Origin: an uncultured Methylomirabilota bacterium
GTDB taxonomy: Bacteria > Methylomirabilota > Methylomirabilia > Methylomirabilales > 2-02-FULL-66-22
Assembly (NCBI GenBank): GCA_963845565.1
Contig: CAWJSJ010000002.1
Coordinates: forward strand, 2,432,001-2,496,000
Direction: 5' to 3'
DNA length: 64,000 nucleotides
A model generated the notes under the pieces. It searched no databases. It saw only the letters and a list, made by a program, of their open reading frames with translations, and was not told the origin of the DNA. The translations under genes were made by a program, and so were the position numbers. This document shows positions 10,294-22,540 of this stretch, one piece after another (position 1 is the stretch's first letter; each line of letters starts with the position of its first letter).

Positions 10294-11085
10294 ATGGCCG
10301 GACAATTCGATCTGACCGGAAAGGTGGCCGTCGTCACGGGCGGCAGCCGGGGGTTGGGCCAATACTTCTCCCGCGCGCTGGCGCGGGCGGGGGCGGATGT
10401 CGCGATCACGAGTCGGACGCTCGAGGCGCTGGAACAGACCCGGACCGAGATCGAGGCGGTCGGTCGGACGGCCCTCCCCTGCGTGCTCGACACGCGGAAA
10501 ATGGAGACGATCCAGCCGATGGTGGACCACGTCCTGCGGCGGTTCGGTCGGATCGACATCCTGGTGAACAACGCGGGGTGCAATGTCCGAAAGCCGGCAG
10601 TGGACATGACGCCCGCGGACTGGGACACCGTGGTGGGGACAATCCTGCGGGGCGCCTTCTTCGTGTCCACGGCCGTGGCGCGCTCGGCCATGATCCCGCA
10701 GCGGCAGGGGCGGATCGTGAACATCGGCTCGGGCACCTCGCTCTTCGGGATGCCGGGCATCGCGCCGTACTGCGCGGCGCGTGGCGGCATGACGCAGATG
10801 ACGAAGGCCCTGGCGGCGGAATGGGCCCCGCTCGGTATCACCGTGAACGTGCTGGCGCCGGGGTGGTTCAAAACGCCGCAGACCGCCATCCTCTACGAGG
10901 ATCCGGAGTGGGTGAGCAGCACCGTCGCGAAGATCCCCGCGGGCCGCACGGGGCTTCCCAACGACATGGACGGCGCCGTGGTGTTCCTCGGCTCGGATGC
11001 CGCCGCATACGTCACCGGGCAGCTTCTCTTTGTGGATGGTGGCTTCAGTATCGGGGCGATGAGCGCGTTGCCGAAACAGAAGTGA
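10294..11085 (+). CDS. SDR oxidoreductase (gluconate 5-dehydrogenase/KduD-like)
   Basis: TGGSRGLG, NNAG, Y-x3-R in place of Y-x3-K (PYCAARGG). Confidence 0.88.
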   Translation: MAGQFDLTGKVAVVTGGSRGLGQYFSRALARAGADVAITSRTLEALEQTRTEIEAVGRTALPCVLDTRKMETIQPMVDHVLRRFGRIDILVNNAGCNVRKPAVDMTPADWDTVVGTILRGAFFVSTAVARSAMIPQRQGRIVNIGSGTSLFGMPGIAPYCAARGGMTQMTKALAAEWAPLGITVNVLAPGWFKTPQTAILYEDPEWVSSTVAKIPAGRTGLPNDMDGAVVFLGSDAAAYVTGQLLFVDGGFSIGAMSALPKQK

Positions 11086-11125
11086 AACGGGCGGACGAGG
11101 GAACGCAGTTCCTGGGGGAGCGAGT

Positions 11126-11974
11126 ATGGTGAACAACGACACGGTGAAGCGACTTCGGAGTATGGCGATGCAATTACGGGCCGACGTCGTGGAGATGATC
11201 GGCGTGGGCAAGGCGGGGCACCTGGGCGGGTCGGTTTCGCTGGGCGAGATCGTGGCCACGCTCTATTTCCACCAGATGCGGTTCGATCCGAAACGCATCA
11301 CGGACCCGAACCGCGACCGGTTCCTGCTCAGCAAGGGGCATGCGGTGCTCATCCAGTATGCCGCCCTGATCGAGCTTGGCGTCATCCCGCGCGCCGAGAT
11401 CAAGCAGGTGAAGACCCTGGCCGGTCTGCTCCAGGGGCATCCGGACATGGCCAAGACGCCCGGCATGGAAGCCGTCACCGGCTCCCTGGGGCAGGGCCTG
11501 TCCATCGGGGTGGGTATGGCCCTTGGGCTACGGCTGGATCAGCGTCCGAGCCGGGTGTATGTCATCATGGGGGACGGGGAACTCTCGGAGGGACAGCTCT
11601 GGGAGGCCGCCATGGCGGCACCCCGGTTCCAGGTGGACAACCTCACCGGCATCGTGGATCGGAACCGGGTCCAGGCGACCGGCCCCACCAAGGACATCTT
11701 CGACATTCCGAACATCGAGCAGAAATGGGAGGCCTTCGGCTGGCACGTGATCACGGTGAACGGCCACGACGTGGCGGCGGTCATCGCGGCACTGGAGGCC
11801 GCCGAGCAGGTGAAGGGGCGCCCCACGGTCATCGTGGCCGACACGGTGAAGGGCAAGGATATCTCCTTTGCCGAGAACAATGCCGCCTTCCACAACGGAA
11901 TCATGACCGAGGAACAATACCGGCAGGCCATGGCCGAGCTCGATGCGCGGCGGGCCGAGATCGAACGACTCTAG
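11126..11974 (+). CDS. Transketolase, N-terminal subunit
   Basis: GHLGGS, DRFLLSKGH, LQGHP, TGSLGQG, TPP-binding GDGE. Confidence 0.92.
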   Translation: MVNNDTVKRLRSMAMQLRADVVEMIGVGKAGHLGGSVSLGEIVATLYFHQMRFDPKRITDPNRDRFLLSKGHAVLIQYAALIELGVIPRAEIKQVKTLAGLLQGHPDMAKTPGMEAVTGSLGQGLSIGVGMALGLRLDQRPSRVYVIMGDGELSEGQLWEAAMAAPRFQVDNLTGIVDRNRVQATGPTKDIFDIPNIEQKWEAFGWHVITVNGHDVAAVIAALEAAEQVKGRPTVIVADTVKGKDISFAENNAAFHNGIMTEEQYRQAMAELDARRAEIERL

Positions 11975-11986
11975 GAGGGGACCAGC

Positions 11987-12934
11987 ATGGCACCGGTGAA
12001 GAACCTTCGTGAAGCGTATGGCCAGGGCCTGGTCGCCCTGGGAAAACAGAATCGGGATGTCGTGGCACTCGAGGCTGATCTCGGAAAGTCGACCCGCTCG
12101 ATTCTCTTCCAGGCGGAGTTTCCGGAGCGGTACTTCGAGATGGGGATTGCGGAGCAGAACATGGCCTCCACCGCAGCGGGCCTGGCCCTGGTGGGGAAGA
12201 TCCCCTTCATGCATTCCTTTGCGGTGTTCGCCTCGGGACGCGCCTTCGACCAGCTGCGCAACGCGGTCTGCATCCCGGGGCTGAACGTGCGGATCTGCGG
12301 CTCCAGCTGCGGTCTGTCGGACTTCGGCGACGGCAAGACGCATCAGGCCCTGGAGGACGTGGCCATCATGCGGGCGCTCCCGGGGATGACGGTGCTGAGT
12401 CCGGTAGACGCCACTGAAGTGGCGAAGATGATGGCCTGCGTGCTGGACTGGAAGGGTCCCGTGTACCTGCGGATCAACCGGAACGACCTGCCGTTCGTCA
12501 CCCCGGACAGCGAGCCGTACCACATCGGGAAGGTCTGGAAGCTCCGGGAGGGGTCCGACGCCGCGGTGTTTGCAAACGGCGTCATGGTGTCCCGGGCGTT
12601 GGAGGCGGCCGAGGCGCTCGCCAAGGAGGGGGTGTCGGTCCGGGTGTTGAATGTCAGCACGATCAAGCCGCTGGACCGCGACGCAGTGATTGCCCACGCG
12701 GCGGGGGTGCGGGCCATCGTCGTCGCCGAGGAGGCGAATATCATCGGAGGGCTGGGGTCGGCGGTGGTCGAGGCGGTGCGGGGTGTGCGGCACGCGCCGG
12801 TGGAATTCGTCGGCGTCCGGGACCGCTTCGGCACCTCCGCGGAGAACTACGAGATCCTGCTGGACCACTACGGTCTCACGACGCAGGCGGTGACGGAAGC
12901 TGTGCGGTGCCTCTTAGGAGCCGTTACGAAATAA
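11987..12934 (+). CDS. Transketolase, C-terminal subunit
   Basis: MGIAEQNM, DGKTHQALED, GPVYLR; last codons come from repeat A. Confidence 0.92.
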   Translation: MAPVKNLREAYGQGLVALGKQNRDVVALEADLGKSTRSILFQAEFPERYFEMGIAEQNMASTAAGLALVGKIPFMHSFAVFASGRAFDQLRNAVCIPGLNVRICGSSCGLSDFGDGKTHQALEDVAIMRALPGMTVLSPVDATEVAKMMACVLDWKGPVYLRINRNDLPFVTPDSEPYHIGKVWKLREGSDAAVFANGVMVSRALEAAEALAKEGVSVRVLNVSTIKPLDRDAVIAHAAGVRAIVVAEEANIIGGLGSAVVEAVRGVRHAPVEFVGVRDRFGTSAENYEILLDHYGLTTQAVTEAVRCLLGAVTK

Positions 12935-13019
12935 CCTCTACATCTCTTTCTATTTCGTTACGGCTCCTTATGCCGTTTCGGAATGTCTCCGCTCAACTTA
13001 TTCTTTGACAACGGCTTAG
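12914..13019 (+). repeat. MITE-like repeat family A, copy 2
   Basis: TTAG-GAGCCGTTACGAAATA...TATTTCGTTACGGCTCC-TTA-TGCCGTT...AACGGC-TTAG. Confidence 0.9.
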
Positions 13020-13061
13020 CAAACGCGTGAGGTTCGAGCGACCAGGGCATCGTTGTCCCGT

Positions 13062-13105
13062 AATGACGACACCCCTTCCGGCCTACCGGAAGGGGTGTCG
13101 TCATT
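13062..13105. terminator. Perfect 20-bp hairpin between convergent genes
   Basis: AATGACGACACCCCTTCCGG-CCTA-CCGGAAGGGGTGTCGTCATT. Confidence 0.7.
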
Positions 13106-13122
13106 TCTTGGGATACCCTTGG

Positions 13123-13956
13123 CTACCCTGCGAAGCATTGTCTGCCGCCGTCCACGCGGATAATCTGGCCACTGATGTAGCTGGCCCCCGGGGAGGCCAG
13201 GAAGGCAACGGTGTGGGCGACCTCGGCCGGCCGACCGTATCGCTCCAGGGTGCCTTCCTCCACTAGCATCGCGTCATTGATGGGGCGGCTGGCTGCGAAG
13301 CGGGAGGTAATGATGTCACCCGGCGCGATGGCGTTCACGGTGACGTTGTGGGAGCGCAACTGCGTCGCCAGGCAGCGGGTGTATTCGTGCACGGCAGCCT
13401 TGGCGGTGGCGTAGATGGCCCCCAGCTCGAACCCTGCCAGGCCTGCGATGCTGCCGATGGTGACGATGCGGCCGCTCTTGCGGGCGATCATCTCCGGTGC
13501 CACCTCCCGACAGACGAAGAGGCAGGTCATGAGGTTTCGGTCGAGGACCGAGCGAAGATCCTCACCGGAGATGAAGACCGCGTCATTCTTGATGGGTCTG
13601 CCCGCCTGAGGGGCACCCGTCCCGCCCGCTCCGATGTCTCCTCCCGCGCAGTTGACCAGGATGTCTATCCGGCCTAGTGCCGCGCGGACGCTCCGCACCG
13701 CGCCCGCGACCACCATCGGGTCGGCCAGGTCGCCGTGCACCGGGACGATGGCGCTCTTTGTCTCGGCGGCCATATCCCGCGCCACGGCCTCCAGGGAATC
13801 GCCCTCGCCGAAGGCTCGAGCCGAGGTTGGCGTCGTGCCGTGAATGGCCACCGACGCCCCCAGAGTTGCTAGGTGTGCGGCGATGACGCGGCCAATGCCG
13901 CGAGAAGAGCCGGTCACAAATGCCGTCTGTCCCGAGAACATCCTGGTGTCCGCCAT
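13123..13956 (-). CDS. SDR oxidoreductase
   Basis: [26 protein letters not shown]. Confidence 0.9.
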   Translation of the reverse strand: MADTRMFSGQTAFVTGSSRGIGRVIAAHLATLGASVAIHGTTPTSARAFGEGDSLEAVARDMAAETKSAIVPVHGDLADPMVVAGAVRSVRAALGRIDILVNCAGGDIGAGGTGAPQAGRPIKNDAVFISGEDLRSVLDRNLMTCLFVCREVAPEMIARKSGRIVTIGSIAGLAGFELGAIYATAKAAVHEYTRCLATQLRSHNVTVNAIAPGDIITSRFAASRPINDAMLVEEGTLERYGRPAEVAHTVAFLASPGASYISGQIIRVDGGRQCFAG

Positions 13957-14223
13957 TCCGCTGTCTCCTTGTGTCGAATGATGCCGAGGAAATCCCCGCG
14001 TCCCATGCGCCTGGTGCGGCAGGGCCGAACCGTCGGCGCGTACCGCGCACTGTATACGCAAGCGGGTAGGGCTTCGTCAAGCAGAACCCGCAGCGCCAAG
14101 CCGCGAGTGGTGTCGGGGAAGACGCCGACGGACAGGCGAGATAGGGCGTGCGGAGCGGGGGAAAGGCGGTAGTCTTTGTGGAGCCAGTCCTTGGTGAGGT
14201 CAAAAGGGTGGTAGGGACACTCA

Positions 14224-14262
14224 ACCTCGACCTGGTCCGGGATGACCGGATGCCAGGTCGAG
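14224..14262 (-). terminator. Hairpin downstream of katG
   Basis: CCTCGACCTGG...CCAGGTCGAGG inverted repeat. Confidence 0.5.
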
Positions 14263-14302
14263 GCTAGGTCAGCACAGGGCCTTTAAGGCCTATCGCCTGA
14301 GA

Positions 14303-16532
<2,230 letters not shown>

Positions 16533-16644
16533 TCAACCGCAGGCGATCCGGAGCGCACTCAGATGGAGACCTCGGGCTTGCGGCGGCCGACTGGCCGTTG
16601 CACCGCGCGTGTCACGCCTCATGGAAACTCGACTGGATCTAGAC

Positions 16645-16659
16645 TTAGACACTGTCCAC
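16645..16659. promoter_or_regulatory. Putative Fur/PerR-family operator upstream of katG
   Basis: TTAGACACTGTCCAC shares the TTAGACA half-site with the fur promoter. Confidence 0.4.
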
Positions 16660-16680
16660 TACTCGACGCAAAAAAAACGC

Positions 16681-17076
16681 CTATCGCCGCCTCCGTCCCC
16701 GCATCACGACCTGGTACTCGCGCACCTCGAACCCATCAACCGTCGCCGCACCCGTGATCTTGACCGCGTTCCAGGGAACGTCAAAGACCTTCCCGGTCTC
16801 GTCGTCGATGAGGTGGTGATGCGGCTCGACATGTGCGTCGAAGACGATGACCCCGTCTTTCAGGGGTTGCAACTTGAGCAACCCCTTTTCGGCGAGGAGA
16901 TTGAGGGTGTTGTAGACTGTCGCGCGCGACAACGTCGGGCAGCGGCGGCGCACCGTTGCCCAGACTTCATCCGCTGTGGGATGGGTATCCGTTTGCAGGA
17001 CGAACTCGGCAACGGCGACTCGTTGCGGAGTGGGCTGAATGCCGTACCCTCTGAGCGTATCCATCGCTTTGTGCAT
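16681..17076 (-). CDS. fur: Fur family transcriptional regulator (FurA/PerR-like)
   Basis: TPQRVAV, HPTADEV, LSRATVYNTL, HHHL; directly upstream of katG. Confidence 0.9.
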   Translation of the reverse strand: MHKAMDTLRGYGIQPTPQRVAVAEFVLQTDTHPTADEVWATVRRRCPTLSRATVYNTLNLLAEKGLLKLQPLKDGVIVFDAHVEPHHHLIDDETGKVFDVPWNAVKITGAATVDGFEVREYQVVMRGRRRR

Positions 17077-17082
17077 GACACC

Positions 17083-17114
17083 TTTATAATATGTCTAAAT
17101 TTATATAAAGTCAA
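17083..17114 (-). promoter_or_regulatory. Sigma70 promoter of fur overlapping an AT-rich Fur/PerR-like box
   Basis: Minus strand TTGACT-N17-TATTAT ending 9 nt before ATG; contains TTTAGACATATTATAAA. Confidence 0.65.
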
Positions 17115-17442
17115 TACCAAGAAGGAACAGCGAACGAGCAGTGTGTGGGTTGAAGGGGAAGCGGCCGAATCCTCCCGGACGGGCTTTGCCGCCGTTCCAG
17201 GGGTCTTCGTGCAAGGTTCAACAGTTCGAGTCGCCTCCCCAATGGAGGTGCTTGCAGGCGAGGCCGCCTTCAAGTAGCATCTGCGACAGTGAAAGGCATT
17301 CATGGGTAACACGCAAACCGGATAGACGCGAATCGGCCTGACGGCGTGAGCGATCAAGACGTGTGACGGAAAGGGGGTATGTGGCGCGGCGTCTCAGTTT
17401 GCGGCGTGGCCGGGTCGGTGTCGCGAACACAAGGAGGGAGCC

Positions 17443-18045
17443 ATGAACCTTGCCATGGGGAACAAGAACGTCGTGCTGGGGCTGATCGTGATCGTCGTGT
17501 TTCTCAGCATGAGTATTCACATCGAGCGTAGTGCCAGCCAGCATGCCTTCCACGCCAAGGCGGCCGCGGTGACGGTGGACACGAAGAACACGCCTGACCT
17601 TCTCGACGACCAGATCACCGACGTCCGCAAGGGGCCCGCCTACCGGACCGGCGGGATCTATTTCACCAATTATTACGCGGCGTCGTACGTGCCCGTTCCC
17701 AACAACTTCTACTACACCGCCTACAACATGCGCCTGAACGCCTGGCTCTTCGCGCTCTTCGGCATCGCCGTGGGGTTCATCGTGGGGCTCCAGACCCAGG
17801 CCAGCCTGGCGCTGCGGCAGTGGGCGTCCTGGCTGGCGGTCGCCGCCGTCCTGCTGTATCCGATTCGCGACCTGTATTTCTTCTGGGGCCGCTGGATGAA
17901 TCCGGCGTTCTCGGGCGGGTGGGTGTCACAGGTCGTCTATCCACTGAAGGTGCTCGGCGGTGTCGCCATCGGGGTGGCCCTGCTTCTGGCCTTGGTCGTC
18001 TTTGTGCAAGGGGCCAAGAAGGCACGAGAAGGGGCGAAACCGTAA
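17443..18045 (+). CDS. Hypothetical membrane protein (about 4 TM)
   Basis: AAGGAGG RBS; four hydrophobic segments and a Tyr-rich loop. Confidence 0.75.
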   Translation: MNLAMGNKNVVLGLIVIVVFLSMSIHIERSASQHAFHAKAAAVTVDTKNTPDLLDDQITDVRKGPAYRTGGIYFTNYYAASYVPVPNNFYYTAYNMRLNAWLFALFGIAVGFIVGLQTQASLALRQWASWLAVAAVLLYPIRDLYFFWGRWMNPAFSGGWVSQVVYPLKVLGGVAIGVALLLALVVFVQGAKKAREGAKP

Positions 18046-18390
18046 GCGCACGACGCGCTCGGCTCTGTGACCACAAGGGTTGCCGTACGCAGGGGGTAGC
18101 AACCGTCGGGATGTAGCGGAAAGCGTTAGCGGAGGCTTTCGTTAGAATTTAGACCGGCCCGCCCCGAAGTGAACGAGGCGGGCCGTCCTGTCTGCGCGCC
18201 TCAACCCCGCACGGAGATGCGGTGTGCCGCGGCGGCCCTGGCGGCGTCGCCCAGGTATATGCCGTGGCAGACGAGGGCCCACCGCAGGGCATCGTCAAGA
18301 CTTTGGCTTGACGCCGCTAGGCGTCCTGCGGCATGCTGTGGGCGCGTTGTCGTTGCGCCGACGGGAACGAGAGCGCGGAGGAAGACCGCG

Positions 18391-18933
18391 GTGGACTTCG
18401 TCAGAGTTCTGGACACCGTCACCCGTTTTCTGGACGGCCGCGGCTTTCGATACGCCCTGGTGGGCGCTTTCGCCTTGTCCGTGTACGGGTTGAGTCGTGC
18501 CACGCAGGATATCGACTTCGCCGTGGACGCCGAAGCGCGACGCGACCTGGTCTCTCTGCTCGAGTCGTTGGGTTACGAGACCCTGTACTGTTCCGCAGGA
18601 TACTCGAATCACGTCCATCCGCTCTCGGGGCTTGGGCGCGTGGATTTCATTTTTGTCGGTGAACCAACGGCCACGAGCCTCTTCGACAGCGCCACGGCTG
18701 CACCGTTCCTCGGGAGAATCATCCGCGTGCCCAAGCCGGAGCACCTGGCGGCCATGAAGGTGCTGGCCATGAAGAACGACCCGAGCCGCACCTTTCAGGA
18801 GATGGCCGATCTTCAGTTCATCCTGGGCCTGGCCGGGGTGGATGTCGGCGAAATCCGCAATCACTTCGAACGGCATGGCCTTCTGGAGAGATTTGATGAA
18901 CTCCGTAAGATCCTCGACACCGCTGGACCTTGA
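18391..18933 (+). CDS. Nucleotidyltransferase family protein (AbiEii/DUF6036-like)
   Basis: YALVGAFAL..YG..RATQDID, VDF, PEHLAAMK; GGAGG RBS before GTG. Confidence 0.8.
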   Translation: MDFVRVLDTVTRFLDGRGFRYALVGAFALSVYGLSRATQDIDFAVDAEARRDLVSLLESLGYETLYCSAGYSNHVHPLSGLGRVDFIFVGEPTATSLFDSATAAPFLGRIIRVPKPEHLAAMKVLAMKNDPSRTFQEMADLQFILGLAGVDVGEIRNHFERHGLLERFDELRKILDTAGP

Positions 18934-19105
18934 GGCAGGCCTTCGCACGCTCTCGGAAGATGTGCTGGCCCTGCGCCGGGCGAGACGCGGGACGGCGATG
19001 TCGCTGCAGGAATACCTCGACTTTCTCCGGCAGTTCGTCGACCCTCCGGCGGCCGCCCTCAGAGCCCGCCGGGGACCCAGGGGGGACACGCCTTTCCAGC
19101 TCTGA
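18896..19105 (+). CDS. Small hypothetical protein overlapping the nucleotidyltransferase 3' end
   Basis: MNSVRSSTPLDLE...EDVLALRRAR...EYLDFL...PFQL; GGAG upstream. Confidence 0.55.
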   Translation: MNSVRSSTPLDLEAGLRTLSEDVLALRRARRGTAMSLQEYLDFLRQFVDPPAAALRARRGPRGDTPFQL

Positions 19106-19139
19106 GGCACGTCGCAACACCTCACGCAAGGAGCGCATC

Positions 19140-19886
19140 ATGAGGCACAATCTTGCCAAAACGAAGCTGGCGGCAGGAAAACCGGTCAGTGTGGTGGCGC
19201 CAGGGTACAGCTCGGCCGGGCTGGTCGAGTTGCTGGGACGGATGGGTTTCGACGCGATCTTCATCGATTGCGAGCACGGCTCGGTCGGTTGGGAGGACGT
19301 CGAGCACATGGTCCGCGCAGCCGAGCTTGTCGATGTCACACCGATCGTCCGGGTACAATCGAACGATCACTCAACGATCACCCGGGCGCTTGACCGCGGG
19401 GCCGGCGGGGTGCAGGTGCCCCACATCAACACCCGCGCCCAGGCGGAGGCGGCGATGCGGGCGGCCAAATTCGCTCCCATCGGCCACCGGGGCTACGCCG
19501 GGGGTCGAGCGGCCCTCGGCGTGAAGGGTAATTTCACCGTGCACGCCAATGCGGAAACCATGGTCGTCGCGATGCTGGAAGAGGTCGAGGCGTTGAAGAA
19601 CTTGGACGAGATCCTGAAGGTCGAGCACATCGATGCCTTCTTCATCGCACCGGGCGATCTCGCCCAGTCCATGGGCTTCCCAGGGCAGATGGATCATCCG
19701 GAGGTTCAGGCGGCGGTGCAGGATGCCGTCCGCCGCGTGCGGGCGGCGGGTCGGGCGCCCGGTGTTCTGGCCACCAACGGGGCGAGCGCTCGCCGTCTCC
19801 TCGATCTGGGCGCACTCTTCATCTACGTCGCGATGGCGAGCCTGCTCCAGCCGGGCACGCGGGACTTCCTGGCGGAATTCAAGTGA
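19140..19886 (+). CDS. HpcH/HpaI aldolase family protein
   Basis: GFDAIFIDCEHG, KFAPIGHRG, FIAPGDL; AAGGAG RBS. Confidence 0.9.
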   Translation: MRHNLAKTKLAAGKPVSVVAPGYSSAGLVELLGRMGFDAIFIDCEHGSVGWEDVEHMVRAAELVDVTPIVRVQSNDHSTITRALDRGAGGVQVPHINTRAQAEAAMRAAKFAPIGHRGYAGGRAALGVKGNFTVHANAETMVVAMLEEVEALKNLDEILKVEHIDAFFIAPGDLAQSMGFPGQMDHPEVQAAVQDAVRRVRAAGRAPGVLATNGASARRLLDLGALFIYVAMASLLQPGTRDFLAEFK

Positions 19887-20069
19887 GGCCGTGAGGGACC
19901 GCAGCGGATCGTCGGCGTGTCCCGTGCGAGTTAGCGACTTGCGGACGTTGGAGGCGGTTCGCCCTTCAAGCTCTTGGCGGGATCGGCGGCGTTCCGGAGT
20001 GCCCCGGTGTCTGGTGCGGCGCGCCCGGCGTGCCGTCGGATGCCCCGGAGTCATGTCGGGGAGCGTCTC

Positions 20070-22328
20070 ATGAAACTCACCTCCGAGATGGTGCTGCGGA
20101 TCGACGAAATCCTGGCGGCCGCCCAAGCACAAGGGCGGAGTACCTTGTACGAGCACGAGGTGTACAGGATTCTCCAGACAATCGGTTTGGGAGTCCCGCG
20201 CCATCGGTTCGTGGGTGATGTTGCCGAGGTCACCGCGGAGGTACTGGCGGGTGTCGGGCACACGGTGATGGTCAAGATCGTCTCGGCGGGGATTCCCCAC
20301 AAGCAGAAGGTCGGGGGGGTCCGGAGGGTCGCCGCCTCGGATTCCCTCTATGTGCAGTTCGTCCTGACGCGGATGCGCGAGGAGGTCCTCTCGCATTTCA
20401 CCCCCGGCGAGGCGCCCGAAATCGCCGGATTTCTTTTGGTGGAGTACGTCCCGCACACGCAGGCCATCGGCTACGAGGTCCTGGTGGGTTTCCGCGAGGA
20501 CGAAGCCTTCGGGCCGGTGCTCACCGTCAGCAAGGGAGGGGACGACGCGGAATTCTTCGCCGCGCATTACGATCCGGCCAATCTCTTCCTCCCGCCCATG
20601 GAGTATCCTGACGCCCTGGCCTTCATGAATTCACTGCACATCCGGCACAAGTTCGCGGAGACCGGCCACCTGGAGTTCCTGGAGCATATGGCCAAGGCGG
20701 TCGCCGGCATGAGTCTGCTGGCGTTTCGGTACTCGCCGATCGCCGCGGAGCCGCGGTTCATCTTCACGTCCTTCGAGGTGAACCCCTTCGTGATCTCGAA
20801 AGACAATCGGTTTGTGGCGCTCGACGGGCTGGCGGAGTTTCGGGCTGTCTCCGCGGCGGACGCGTGGGTTCCCCATGGAAACGCGGCCAATCTCGAGGCC
20901 TTCTTCCGACCGCGGGGCGTTGCCGTGGTCGGGGTGTCGTCCGACTCATCCAGGTACAGCCTGGGGCGGGACATCGCGGCGCTGCTGCACGATCTGGGCC
21001 GGGACGACCTGGTGCTCATCAACCCGAAGGGGGGCGCCGTGCGGTTTGACGGCGCGGTGTACCCCCTCTATCCGAGCCTGGAGGATCTGCCGACCCCCGT
21101 CGACTTGGTCGTGTACGCGGCGCCGGCGCCGAGCGCCCCGGACTTTCTACGGAGCCTGGCAGGAACCAAGGTGAAGGCCGTGATCCTCATTCCCGGCGTG
21201 CTCGCCTCGGTGCCGTACCCGGAGTTTGCGCGCCAGCTTCGCGAGGCCGCGCCGCCGGGCGTGCGGCTCATCGGGCCCAACTGCATGGGGGTCTATGTCG
21301 CGCCGGACCAGGACGCCGCTCTTCCATCGCCGGGCGTCAACACGCTCTTCGTCAACGAGAAGCGCCTGGAGGTGCGTTCCGCCGCGCGGGCCAATGCCGT
21401 CCTGCTCACGCAGAGCGGCGCTCTGGCGGTGACGGCGCTGGATAAACTGCGCGGCTGCCGACCGTTTCGCTCGGTGGTGAGTTTCGGCAACAAGTGCGAC
21501 GTGAACGTGGCCGACTTGCTGGCGTACCTCGAAGGCGACCCGGCCGTGGGCGTGGTGGCCCTCTATGTAGAGGGGTTCAACCCCGGAGAGGGCCGCCGGT
21601 TCTTCGACATGGCCAGGCACATGGATACGCCGATCGTGGCGTACAAGGCGGGCCGGACGCAAGCGGGTGCGCGGTCGGCGGCCGCCCACACGGCGGCGTT
21701 GTCCGGGAGCTACGAGGTGTTCCGGGCTGCCTGCCAGCAGGCGGGCGTCATTCTGGCCGAGACCATCGAGGCGTACTACGATCTGGTGAAGGCGTTCGCG
21801 CTGCTGGCCGGCAAGCCGCCCACGGGGAACCGGATTGCCGGCGTGGTGAACGCGGGGTTCGAAAGCACGGTGGGCGCCGACGAGCTCAAGGGGCTGACGC
21901 AGGCGCAGCTCGCCGCCGCGACCATCGAGCGGCTGAACGCCATCAACAGCTACGGGCTGGTGGATACCTCCTCGCCGTTTCTCGATGTCACCCCCATGGC
22001 CGACGACCGGATGTATGCGGAGTTTGTGGAGGCCGTCATCCGCGACCCCGGGGTCGACTGTGTGTTCGTCGCCGTGGTCCCGCACGCGGTCTCTTTGAAG
22101 ACGGACCCCGAGACGTGCCGGGATCCCGACGGACTGGCAAGCCTGCTGCTGGACCTCGCGGTGGAGTACGGCAAGCCGATGGTCGTTTCGGTGAACGCCG
22201 GCCGGTATTACGCCGATTTCGTCTCGGTCCTCGAGGAGGGCGGACTGCCGGTGTATGCCGACATCCGCTCGGCGATCGCCTCCCTCGACACGTTTGTCTC
22301 GTACCGCCTTGCCAAGGCGCACGCCTGA
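20070..22328 (+). CDS. ADP-forming acyl-CoA synthetase (ATP-grasp domain N-terminal, then CoA-binding/ligase domains)
   Basis: LYEHEVY, KIVS..IPHK..VGGV, FGPV, LIGPNCMG, QSGA, SFGNKCD, AHTAALSG. Confidence 0.85.
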   Translation: MKLTSEMVLRIDEILAAAQAQGRSTLYEHEVYRILQTIGLGVPRHRFVGDVAEVTAEVLAGVGHTVMVKIVSAGIPHKQKVGGVRRVAASDSLYVQFVLTRMREEVLSHFTPGEAPEIAGFLLVEYVPHTQAIGYEVLVGFREDEAFGPVLTVSKGGDDAEFFAAHYDPANLFLPPMEYPDALAFMNSLHIRHKFAETGHLEFLEHMAKAVAGMSLLAFRYSPIAAEPRFIFTSFEVNPFVISKDNRFVALDGLAEFRAVSAADAWVPHGNAANLEAFFRPRGVAVVGVSSDSSRYSLGRDIAALLHDLGRDDLVLINPKGGAVRFDGAVYPLYPSLEDLPTPVDLVVYAAPAPSAPDFLRSLAGTKVKAVILIPGVLASVPYPEFARQLREAAPPGVRLIGPNCMGVYVAPDQDAALPSPGVNTLFVNEKRLEVRSAARANAVLLTQSGALAVTALDKLRGCRPFRSVVSFGNKCDVNVADLLAYLEGDPAVGVVALYVEGFNPGEGRRFFDMARHMDTPIVAYKAGRTQAGARSAAAHTAALSGSYEVFRAACQQAGVILAETIEAYYDLVKAFALLAGKPPTGNRIAGVVNAGFESTVGADELKGLTQAQLAAATIERLNAINSYGLVDTSSPFLDVTPMADDRMYAEFVEAVIRDPGVDCVFVAVVPHAVSLKTDPETCRDPDGLASLLLDLAVEYGKPMVVSVNAGRYYADFVSVLEEGGLPVYADIRSAIASLDTFVSYRLAKAHA

Positions 22329-22540
22329 CCGCACCGAGGGGCGTCACCGCCTGCGCTTGCAGCTGGTCTCCGCCGACACACGGCGGTGTTGCGCTCCCTC
22401 GGCCCGGTCCTGGTATCTCTCTGCAGCGTGTCGCGCGATCCCCGTCCCGTCCGGCGGTACACCGGGCGTGGGGTCGCGTCAGCCTCTGGTGTCCCTCTCC
22501 GGACCGGGGTGCCACAATCGACCAAAGCGCGGAGCTGTCG

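Noticed and set aside
17155..17241. tRNA-like sequence (GGGGAAG...GTTCGAGTC...CCTCCCCA)
   Set aside because: The T-stem and D/anticodon arms do not pair.
17305..17345. c-di-GMP-I riboswitch-like words (GCAAACC...GACGC...GGCCT)
   Set aside because: The GNRA-capped P2 hairpin and P1 pairing are missing.
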